Origin: Gracilinanus agilis
Taxonomy: Eukaryota
Reading direction: 5' to 3'
Length of the DNA: 64,000 bases
NCBI RefSeq assembly: GCF_016433145.1
Contig: NC_058132.1
Coordinates: 86,926,873-86,990,872 of the forward strand
Below, piece by piece: positions 26,553 through 37,695 of the stretch. Both the position numbers and the translations under genes were made by a program. Below the pieces are notes generated by a model, which was given only the letters and a program-made list of their open reading frames with translations, was not told the origin of the DNA and ran no database searches. Within the stretch, counting starts at the first letter, position 1. Each line of letters starts with the position of its first letter.

Positions 26553-28107
26553 CTAACTTATAAATTGTTGTTCAATAATGTCTAAATCATGGTAACCATG
26601 GTATAACAGGGCACACCAATACTGTCCATAGGATTTTCTAAACAATGATACTAGAATGGTTTGTCATTTCCTTTTCCAGTGGAGTAAGGCAAAAAAGTTT
26701 ATGGGATTTGCCCAGGGTTGCACTATTAGTATTTCTGAGGCCAGATTTGAACTCAGATCTTCCTGACTTCAGGCCAAGCACTTTATCCACTGACCCATCT
26801 AGCTACCTCAATCTTATACACAGTTGTAGTCATAACACACCTGAACTGAAAAATACCTAATGGTTTCCTACTAACAAACGTCCAAGTACCTTCATCTACT
26901 ATTCAAGGTCCCCCATAGTACAAAAATCCTATACTTTTCCAGAATTATCTCATATGACTCACTAACAAACAAAGCAAACTACATCTGTCTCTGTCTCCTG
27001 AAAATATGATAAAGTCTCTTAGTTCCATGTCTTTTCTAAGGAGTCCTTTTAATCTCAAATTACTTCCCCCCTCCCCGTCCCTCTCATGACCCATTTAATT
27101 CCTACTCACTCTTTGGAATCTAACTCAAATATCAACTTCTCAACAAAAAAAAAAGACCCTTCTCTGATTTGACTTTCTCCCCTCATTTGATAATTTTCCC
27201 TCTCAAACTTTATATAGTACCTTGTTTTGTAACTCTCTAATTCATTTATTGTGAGATATTCACATGTGATAGGATTGTTTGGTCATCATTTGTACTTACT
27301 AGATCATAAACTCCTTTAGGTTAGAGACCTATTTGTTTCTTCTCTACCTACACACTTGTATCTTCTCCAGCATCTTGTATAATGTTATATACATATAGGG
27401 CACATATTGCTATTGGCTCCTAAAATTAAAGACAATATTCAGAAGCACTCAGATTATGGAAAAGGTCACAAGAGCTACCATTTTCCTCCTTAAAAAGTCT
27501 ACATTTCTGTTAACGTGATGAATATTAAAATATATTAGCTTATCGGCTTGCCATACTGATGACTCAGGGAGTATTTATTGTCTACTAAAATCCAAATTCT
27601 TTTTAATATAAATTATTATCACATGAATCTGTTCTGTACTTGTGCAGTATATTTTTGAACTTTTGCTCATAACTTTAATTAATTTTATCCAATTCAACTG
27701 GTTCCTGAATATTTATAAATTCATTCATTTAATAAGCCTTTTAAAATACTAGGTACTAGGATACAAAAATGAATCTCATCCTATGATGTATTTAACAAGT
27801 ACTCTCTAGATTCGAGACAGCCAGAGATAAAGAGAACACTATCATTATATCATCCAGGTTATCACATTGTACTTTGGAACATCAGTAATATTATAAATTT
27901 TTTCCATATTTCATTTATAAAAATACTTGTTGCTTCTAGATAGTTAGCTAGCATAGTAGAGAGAGCACTGGGTCTGGAGAGTCTTGAGTTGAAATATGGC
28001 CTCAGATACTTATTAGTTTTGTGACCTTGGACAAGTCATTTAATTCCTGTTTACCTTAATTTTCTCAACTATAAAATGGGGATATTGATATTTGAAATTA
28101 CTAATTC

Positions 28108-28310
28108 TTTTTTTCTTTAAATCCTTACCTTCCATATTAGAATCAATAGTCTATTGGTTCCAAGGCAGAAGAGTGATAAGGGCTAGGTAATGGAGGTAAA
28201 GGGTCTTGCCTGGGGTCATATAGCTAGGAAGTGTCTAAGATCACATTTGTACCCAAGACCTCCAAATTCTAGCCCTGGCTTTCAATCCACTGAATCATCT
28301 AGCTCTCCCC
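28108..28310 (-). mobile_element. SINE1_Mdo-type SINE
   Basis: Typical body and tail. Confidence 0.85.
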
Positions 28311-28761
28311 TCTTCACTTATCAACACTCAGCACTTGGTGCTTGGTGAAGTGTAGTAGATCCTGGGTCAGCTAGGATGCTTAGTATCCATTCCAAGACAA
28401 AAGGTAAGGGCTTTTAAAAAAGGTAGTAGATACTTAATAAATTCTTATTGAATGAATGAAGATATGGATTCATTATTCATTGCCTCTTTATACGAAGGAG
28501 AGCATTTATAATATGGTCAGTTCTTTATTCTTCTTTTAAATCACCCTGAAAGGAAGGACCTCCATCACCTCTCCCTTCTCTGGCACATGGGGAATATGTC
28601 TTATTAAAAAATAACAAATTTGATAAAAAAGAGGTGATAGGGTAGGTAATATTTAATTGCAAAAGATCATGTAGCTAAAATATGTAAGTATAGATTGATA
28701 TATGCAATATGCATTCATATACAAGCATATATGTATATAAAAACATATAGACACAATGCAT

Positions 28762-29051
28762 NNNNNNNNNNNNNNNNNNNNNNNNNNNNNNNNNNNNNNN
28801 NNNNNNNNNNNNNNNNNNNNNNNNNNNNNNNNNNNNNNNNNNNNNNNNNNNNNNNNNNNNNNNNNNNNNNNNNNNNNNNNNNNNNNNNNNNNNNNNNNNN
28901 NNNNNNNNNNNNNNNNNNNNNNNNNNNNNNNNNNNNNNNNNNNNNNNNNNNNNNNNNNNNNNNNNNNNNNNNNNNNNNNNNNNNNNNNNNNNNNNNNNNN
29001 NNNNNNNNNNNNNNNNNNNNNNNNNNNNNNNNNNNNNNNNNNNNNNNNNNN
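28762..29051. other. Assembly gap (290 N)
   Basis: Run of N; true length unknown. Confidence 1.
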
Positions 29052-29806
29052 ATCAATCATATGACTTTCAGAGACAGGTATAGAAATTGCCTGAGGGACA
29101 GTAATTCTTTTGGTTTGCTTAGGACATTAATGTCCCACAAAGGAGAGGATAATTACTGAACCTTATTTTACCTGAATCTTACAAAAGTGTAATCAATGAG
29201 AATCTAACAATTTAGCTTAGAAAGTGGAAGGGTGTGTGAATTTTGCAATAAAGGCGGAATAAAGTATGAATAAAGAAAGCAACAGAGAGAAATAGAGATG
29301 GACATAGCTAGAGATAGATAATATAAATGTAAATGCATGATCTATACCTGTGTGCATATACTATCTATACATATACATATATTTGTGTAAATCCACGTTT
29401 GAGCATGTGTATATATATATACATATATATTCCCATATCCACATATGAATATGATAGAATTGTATGTATGCATACAAATGCATATTTATCTGTATCCTAT
29501 TTATTTATGCCTATATATAGCAGGATTGCCCACCATGACATGGTATTAGTATCTAGAATATTTGCAATCTGGATTCTAATTTCTCTGTATATGCTTATTC
29601 CAAGATGTGACTCTAAGAAAAACATTTAATTTCTCTGGGCTTTCTCAGTTGCTTCAATTATAAAATGAAGAGTTATACCTGATTACTTCTAAGGTCCCTT
29701 TAAGCTCTAAATCCATGCATATGATACATTTATAGAGATAGGTAAGTAGCAATCCTTCTAGCTCTAAACTTATTATTTATGTTTGAATACATATATAAAC
29801 ACATAC

Positions 29807-30889
29807 TGTAATGCGAAAGATGAAAAAGGGGCTTTTGCTCTTGCAGGGGGCCAACTGAAAACTTCCGGCAGTTAGAAGCCTTAGAATTCTGAGAGAAGTC
29901 AGTTGGTTCCTGAGCCTTGAACAGAGTGGAAGGATCAACTAGAGCTCTGTTTGGCTTTCGGTTTTACTCTGGCCTGTTCTTTGTCTCTGGACAATTTGAA
30001 CCTAGCTAATTTCTCTGGACCTCTCCCTGACCTTCTCCATATTATTTCCCTGTTTCCCTGCCTGATTTCCTGGGGCTCTGGGAGGCAGGGTGACTTTTGG
30101 GTTTTAGTGAATAGACTTTGTGGTTTTAGTTTTCCCCAATAGGCAAGTAGGACATCCTTGAATTCAAACTATCCTTTTAGTATACCCTTTACTTTAAAGG
30201 CAGCCAAATCTTCCCTGGCTGAGAGAAACAGGTCCTCTCTCAGTCTAACCCATTCCTGTGACCCTCCACATCTTGAATTTCTCCCTAGCAGCTGTCAGAA
30301 ACCCGAAGCCCCTCTCTCCTTCTTGACTAACCCTGAACGTTAATAAATCCCTTTGTTACCTAATCAAACCCTCTGGAGAATCATGTTGAAGAATTAGGCA
30401 AGGGTTGAAGGGAAAGGAACTATTCTCTTTTATTTTTCTGAGGGAAACTGGAGGCATCCATCTTGGGAGGAAGTAGTTGCCCAATGCTTCCTCCTGAATC
30501 CCTTCAGTTTCATTGATAGAGAGGAGCTTTGTGATTCCTCCTTTGAGGACTTAAGAAACTGACAAGAAAGCCCTCAAGTCAGATTCAAATCACTTCTGAC
30601 TGGCCCTATTCCTTGTGTCTGTAGAAGTACCTTTCCTGCCTGGAAGGGTTCACCCTATTACCCCAATATCCTCTGTCTCTAGCCTGAGTGTCTAGTCTGT
30701 GCCAGCTGCCTCTCCTGAATACCTCATCCATTCCCTTACCATCCAATATACCGCCTTGTCCATTCCTTCCCTAAACTCAGTCATTCCTTTCATTCCTCTC
30801 CTATCACCTCAATCACCTTTTACCCCTCCGTCATTCAGCAAGGGAGGGAGAGCGCCCCTCAATTTTAGTGTCCCTTTTTATCCATTACA
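29807..30889 (+). mobile_element. Solo ERV LTR (ERV1-type 4-bp TSD)
   Basis: TGTAATG...CATTACA ends, perfect TSD ATAC (29803-29806, 30890-30893), internal AATAAA near 30342. Confidence 0.9.
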
Positions 30890-33787
30890 ATACCTACACA
30901 TTCATATGCAGATAGACAAATATGCATATCTAAATATGTCTTTAGAAATATTAGTTTTGAATAAGATATACTGGTATTTATAGTCTGACAGTAGGAAGAA
31001 GATAATTAAATTACTTGATTTTAATAATTCATTCCTAAAAATTGAAATTCTGTCTCTGGCTTTGGCATTCAATTGGCCATTTCCCATATGTGCTAGGCTT
31101 AAGCCTCCTGGTTCAAGGCATTGGATACTAAAATGCTTCCATTAGAAGACTATCAATCCACCTTATAGACAAAGTGATTAGAAAAGGAGTAACTTGGTCA
31201 AGTACACATAATAAAATTAATGGCAAAGCTGCAACTAAAATCCAGTTCTTAACTTCTTGTCCTCACTACTTCCTAATGCTGTTGCACTTCATTGGATGGA
31301 AACCAAATTGAAAATCTTACCTTATCTGTGTATAAAGTTATGATATGCCTATTCCTGAAATCTGGGATGCCACAGGGCTTCATCGTAGCAGAGCTAGGGA
31401 AAATCACAGAAGTATAACCAAAATAATCAAGAAATAAATGTAAACTATTAAGACAGAAGAGGGAATGAGTCACCTAATCATTAAAGATATGGCTATAATG
31501 ATTCCTCTGGGAATTTCCTCTATCATTAATCTCTTTTCATTACTTTTCAAGTTTCCCCCACACTATAAAGACTATGTCATGTCCTTCTTTACCCTTGAGT
31601 TATATACTTTCATTTTTTTCTCCCACAGACTTTTTGAATGAGTAGTCTATACACTATCATCAATTTGTTAGTCCCTAGTTACCAACTTCTTGATGTTTAT
31701 CCCCACCAAACCCTTCTTTATTTGAAAATAATTTTAACCTTCTTAATACTTATTCATTTTCTCCATTAATTATCTCCAATTTATCTTAGGAGTTTGTTTG
31801 CAAATTGTTATTTACATGTTACCTTTCTCCTCACATTATTAGTGTGAACTGTATTTTTTCCCCTTACTTTGTAGCTCCAGCATTTAACCCAGTGCCTAGA
31901 AAATAGTGGCAATTATACTCTTGTTCACTTGAGCAACTAGTTTCTAAGCAATGTGCAATGTATCACCACAGTTTAAAAAAATTTGCAAAAGATAATTAGA
32001 ATTTCCTGAATATCTAGAAAGACATCATCATGGCTATAATAATTATGACTGAAAGTTCATCAATATTAATAAATTGTAATTGTAACTGGCCCTGTGATTT
32101 AATTACTATGAAGAACTGCTTACCGAGGAAACCCCCTTTCCCAATTGAGGTTAGCACCTCTATCACATGCTTAGAATTGCTTTGAGCAGTGAAAAATTAA
32201 ATGATTTGCCTAGCATAAAATGGCCAATATGTGTCAGAGGCAGGACCCAAACCCAGGCCTTCATGCCTTCAAGGTCAGTTCTCTATAGTCACTATGCTAC
32301 ATTGCCTATATAGCTTCTGTTGCTGGTCAATCATTTCAGAACTGTTCAACTCTGTGCCCCCATTTTGGGGCCTTTGGGGAAGAAATACTGGAAAAGTTTA
32401 CTATTTTCTGTTTAGCTTAAGATATAATAAATCCTTTTACTATAAATATAACTCCAAATCCATGAACTTTCCACAAAAATAGTACTTAAAACAGAAAATC
32501 ATTAAAAAAAACTATCATCCCAAATTTCTAAAATGTGACAGTGATGGATAAAATTTTAACATGCTTTTAGTAGATGTCACCATGTCAATGCCCATAATGT
32601 TTAATGTTTTGGGAATGAAAAGCTCTTATAACTTAGTAGAAGAAATCAAACATTATGTAGAAAAAGGATGAAGCATATATCATCTCCATCATCCTATCTC
32701 CTACTAAAGAAACACTGTTTTAGTGAGCCTATAGAAAATGAATTTATATCCTAATACTTTACTCAGTTACAAAAAAAGCACTAATTATATACAACTGAGT
32801 AATCGTTTATTGAACACTAAAATAAAAAAAAGTAGATTAGTGTCTTGTCCTAGTATCATCTTTATAAACACTGTTGAATAGAGGATAAAAAATCAGAACA
32901 ATGGCAACCATAAAACTATCTATAGGCTGTTTTAGAAGTTGTCCTCCCATATTAAAGGGGAATGGATTTGATGACTTTTCCATTGGTCTTAAGGGTATAG
33001 CTTTTTTTTTCCTTTGCTTCTAAGAGGAGTCTATACACTGGTGCAACTTAATATAATATCACATGATGTATATTTATTAAGAACCTCTTGTGTGCTGAGC
33101 ACCATACTAAATGCATAGATACAAAGTTCAAATAAGAGTCATTCTTATCTAGTTTTGGAGAATTTTGTGATATAACCTTCTCCATTTCCAGACTCACACG
33201 CTCACATGAAACCAAGTCATCTCCACAGGGAGGAAGAAGGTAACAATGGACCAGCAGGAAAGCTAATGGGATAGGAAGTGGCTCATTGGCTAATGAAAGA
33301 AATCAAATTCTGAGCTCTTACAGAGCCACATGGCTCTATTTTGAGGTCTCCCAGATCCCTGCCAAGAAGCATAGATAATAATTGATTCTCATCTACTTCT
33401 CATTCCTCCTACCAACAATTTCCCCTGCCCTTCACTGTTTCTGTCCCTATATATTATAATTCTATCTTCAATCCACAGCCAAATATGTGATTTTAGACAA
33501 CTCAGTCAGACACATTTAATCAAAGTCACTTTGAATCTGGAGAATATTGGAGGGGGGAGTAGAGACAATAGCCACTCTTCTTGTGAAATTCTCCTTTCCA
33601 TCAGACTTAAACTTCCTCGGGACTGTGAGTATACTAATCCATGCCTTTGTCCCCAACTCTGCCTCCTATCCGATTGTCTTTGTATATCACTTCAATTAAG
33701 TCCCATTATTCCTGTCTTTTCTTTCCCTAGTCCTACACTGACAATCCTAGTTTCTCAGGTTCATTTCTGCAGCCCTTATTATGTACA

Positions 33788-33920
33788 AGACTTACCAGAT
33801 TCACCAAACCTCTGCATTATCTGAGGTAAGAATCTGAACATTGTATTCAGGTTCCATTGAGATTGGGGTATATTTAATTCGAAGTGGGACATCTCTTGGG
33901 CACATAGTAACTCCCTGGAG
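33788..33920 (-). promoter_or_regulatory. Predicted promoter and first exon of OR-B
   Basis: Donor CTG|GTAAGT (intron starts 33795). O/E-type sites TCTCTTGGG 33892-33900 and TCCCTGGAG 33912-33920. Shares AACTCCCTGGAG and AGACTTACC with the OR-A cassette at nearly the same spacing. Confidence 0.5.
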
Positions 33921-36644
33921 CCTAGCCATACAAACAAATTACACAAGTTCCTAACAACTTGAGGCTTCTGGCCACTGGGACAACCAATGTTCTCTATCCA
34001 TCAGCTTCCCAGAGACAAAAGAAATAGCCACATGTTTTCATTTATTCCCTCTCACTATTCATTCCCTCCTTTACTGTCACTTCTTCCTTTCTCCCTTTCT
34101 CTATTTCACTCATAGTACAATCATCTCAACAAATTAAGCCATTCTCATATTTGCTTTATATTATAATTATATGCAAATGTGTCCTATGTACAATATATTG
34201 GATATCATCTAGGACTGAGATTATGATTTTATGTATTTAATTCCTCTCGGCATAGCAGTTTATTTGCCAGTGGTGTCAAAATCGAATAGGAAGAAGAACC
34301 ACAAAACTGTGTATGAGGATCCCTGTGGCTCACAATTTGACTTAGAAAACTCTATATTAATGACAGCTATGTTTTCTTTTATTTTCATTTGATTAAATAT
34401 TTCCCTGTTACATTTTAATATGGTTGCATGCAGTCTGCAGGTTTCTTGTTTAAGGTAGATGCTTTCCAAATATTTGTAAAATAAATGTACATAGTAGATG
34501 CTTTGAAAATATTTGCTGAATTAATGAATGAACCAAAAAAGGCAACTGTACTCTTCCACAAAACCTGCTAGATTGAGATTATGTAGAGTATTTTAGGACT
34601 CTTCTTTGCATATTATGAATTAAAGAAAAGACAGGACAGAGAAGCTATCTACACTCTTCTGAAAAAAAACAAACAACAACAGAATAAACAAGAAGAGAGG
34701 GGAGGGGAGAATTATTACCTCAGGATGTGTATACAAATGGCAATACTCAGGAGTCCTCAGTGACTGAACCTCTGGTAAGGATGGAAGGATACCTCAACTG
34801 CATCAATTAGCCAGAAATCTGAGTGTTTTTGTCTTTATAGTACTATCTTCTAGCATGTTACCTGGCAGTCTGTCAATAGTCACTTAATAAAAAATTGTTT
34901 TATATCTATTTTGTGTAACTAAGTGGCACAGAAGAGAAAGTGCTGGGCTTGGAGTCAGGAAGCAAGAGTTTGAATCCAACTAAGATACTTATTGTAACCC
35001 TGGACAAGTTACTCAGCCTCCATTTGCCTCAGTTTCTTCATTTGTAAAATGGACACAATAACACCCGTCTCTCAGGTTTGTTGTGAGGATCAAATAAGAT
35101 AAAAACTATAAAGTGTTAAGCATAGTGACTGTCATATAGTAAACATCATATAAATGTCAGCTATTATTATTATATAGTGAGACTTAGTAAATACTCTGTA
35201 GGAATAAAAATGAATGAATACTAGTGTTATATATATATATTTACATATATAATTTAATAATAAAAAGAGAAGGAAAAGAAAAGGAAAAGGATTCTTTCAG
35301 TAAAATGATCAAAGCAAAGAGAGTAAAAAAACTCACACCTGCAATATTTTACCCCCCCCCCAAAAAAAAACCACAAGCTCCCAAAAAAGAGGTCGGTAGT
35401 GTGAGTCTCTGAAAAATTTATCTCCCAAACCCCTGTATGTCAACTGAGGACATAACTTAAAAGGATGCTGGGAATGTAGCTCAGGTGTGGCAATTTTTTC
35501 CACCTGCACAACTCTTATTGATTGACTCATTGTTTGAATTCCATGTCAATCATTATCATGCGTTATAGAGGCAGCTGGTGGCAAAATGGACAGAGTGATG
35601 GACATGGAGTCACAAAGATCTGAGTTCAGATCCAGCCTCAGACACTCATAAATAATAGCACCTACCTTGAAGCATCACTTCAGGATCAAATGACATATTT
35701 TTAAAGCGCTTAGCATAGTGCCAGGCATATAGTAGGCATTATACAAATATTTATTCCCTGCCCCATTCTTCTCTCCTCAGAAACTACTTTATTGTTCTTT
35801 TCCTAATTCAATTAAACAAGGATGTACTAAATGTTTCAGGTACAGGGGATATAAGCATAAAAAATGAAGATTAAATAGTCATTGCCTTCTAAGAGTCTAC
35901 ATCTTGTTTTTTAAAGCTCTTTTCTTCTTACCATCATTACTATCTTTGCACACTAATACTATCTCTAGTTTTCTCAGATGTGTTGCATTATCATTCATTC
36001 CTACTCCCTACTTTCCAAACTATAATAATGATATGTGTGCATAGAGTTTGGGCTAGGTCTGATGGTGCATCCATTCTATATACTAATGACCACAGAGAAG
36101 GCCAAAGAAGTGAAAACCACATAAGACATATCTGAATGAATTTCCAGTTCTGTCAAAGGCTATCTGTGATAGCAGGTTGGTGTGAGAGTCTTGTTGGTGG
36201 ATGTGATACTTCAGATGAGTAGATTGAAGAAGCATATATTGAAAAATTTATATAAGACCTAATTTTCTGATTCTGTGTATTATTTCTTTAGTGCAGGAGA
36301 ATATAAAGAACAACAGTGCCACATAGAGTTAGCTTTTAACAAATTTTATTGCTACTCAAAAAAAGAGAAGACTAGTTCTGAATAGTGATAGTCTTGGTAT
36401 GTAACCTCCATGCCACATTAGATAGTATTCAGAAGGTCTGAGATTATGTCCACTACAATAAATGACTTCGAATCCCTCAGAGAACAAATTTACATACAGT
36501 TTAAGACAAAGAGCCAACATGATATAAATAGGGGACATGCCTGTTATCCATAAAGTGAATAAAGTGAGTCTTTCCTAAGTTGCCTAAAGAGTGAAGAATG
36601 AGAGGTTGGGACATAAGAAACTTGACTTTAATGGTACCACTTGT

Positions 36645-37695
36645 TGTGAGGAAGATTAGTTAGTAATTAATTAAGTATTAAGGTTGACCTAGCAGGAAGG
36701 GCTGGAGCATTCCAAGATGGAATGAAGGAGCAGGAAGCAGGGCTTGTGCCCTGAGAGAGACTCTATTAGTGGTTGGCACAAACTGTTGCTATCCCTGAGA
36801 GATCTCAGACCTGCTTCCTGTTTTCCCTGGGATCCTGAGTGGTGGTGGCATCTAGCAGGTGGGCAAGACCTGCAGAGCTGCACCAAGTGGAGGAGGGGTT
36901 TGGGATCTGGTGGACAGCATCTCAAGCACACTTTCTCTACTTGGGTACCTTGGACCACCTTGGCTTTTGGCATCCTGAGATCATCTGTGGATTACAGTGA
37001 GAAACCCTCAAAGCCACCCACAGGCACTTTAGCTGTGCTGGTCAAACCTGGCTGGAACCAAGTTTGAAGCAGGCCCAGAACAGCTCCTTTATGCCCAGCC
37101 TGGCCTAGGTCAATTAGTATTAGAGAAATTAAGTCCTCCCCCTTGTCCTGTGGTTTTGTCCATTAGGTTTTAGTGTAGAATTCCCTATCCCACCTTTATT
37201 TTAGTTGAACATAATTAAAACTGTTAAAACCTTTTACCTTGCCTGCTGGTTTGAAAGACTCTGGCCTAGTGGTGACAGTTGGCCAACAGCCATTTTTGTC
37301 AGTTAGGAGCAGCTTAGCTGTGTACTCTGGTCTCCCTATCCTGGTTGGTCCTCTCTCTCCTTCAACCCAATGTATGTACCCACAACCATTTAGATTATAT
37401 TTTAACATCCCTGGTGCCCATCTATTTTTACACACTGCAGCAAGAGACTAAAGGGGGGGGGTATGCCCTGTATCTGGGTTTATTAATTTTGTTATCTATA
37501 CATCCTAGAGGTAGGATATATCAGTCATACTGGTTTTCACCAGCTCACACTGAATAATTGTCTTCTTTGTATTTAATTCTAGTTCTATTCACTTGTTCAT
37601 CTAGTGATTTTTAGATTTATACTTAATGAGTATCTTACCTGTGTCTAGTCCTGTATTTGGTGCAATGGGGCATCCTTGTCCTCAGGGACCCCACA
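36645..37695 (-). mobile_element. Probable solo ERV LTR
   Basis: TG...CA ends, about 1050-bp GC-richer block, minus-strand AATAAA near mid-length as in the other LTRs here. No clean TSD. Confidence 0.6.

Noticed and set aside
28653-29159. Long ORFs of 102-154 aa
   Set aside because: Artefacts of translating through the N gap.
36148-36176. Minus-strand LLSQIAFDR resembling the OR MAFDR motif (possible OR pseudogene)
   Set aside because: No other OR motif at the expected spacing in any frame; more likely chance in decayed LINE-like DNA. A tblastn with OR52 proteins would settle it.
36689-37557. Cluster of 70-107 aa ORFs on both strands
   Set aside because: GC-richer LTR sequence has fewer stops; no gag, pol or env motifs.
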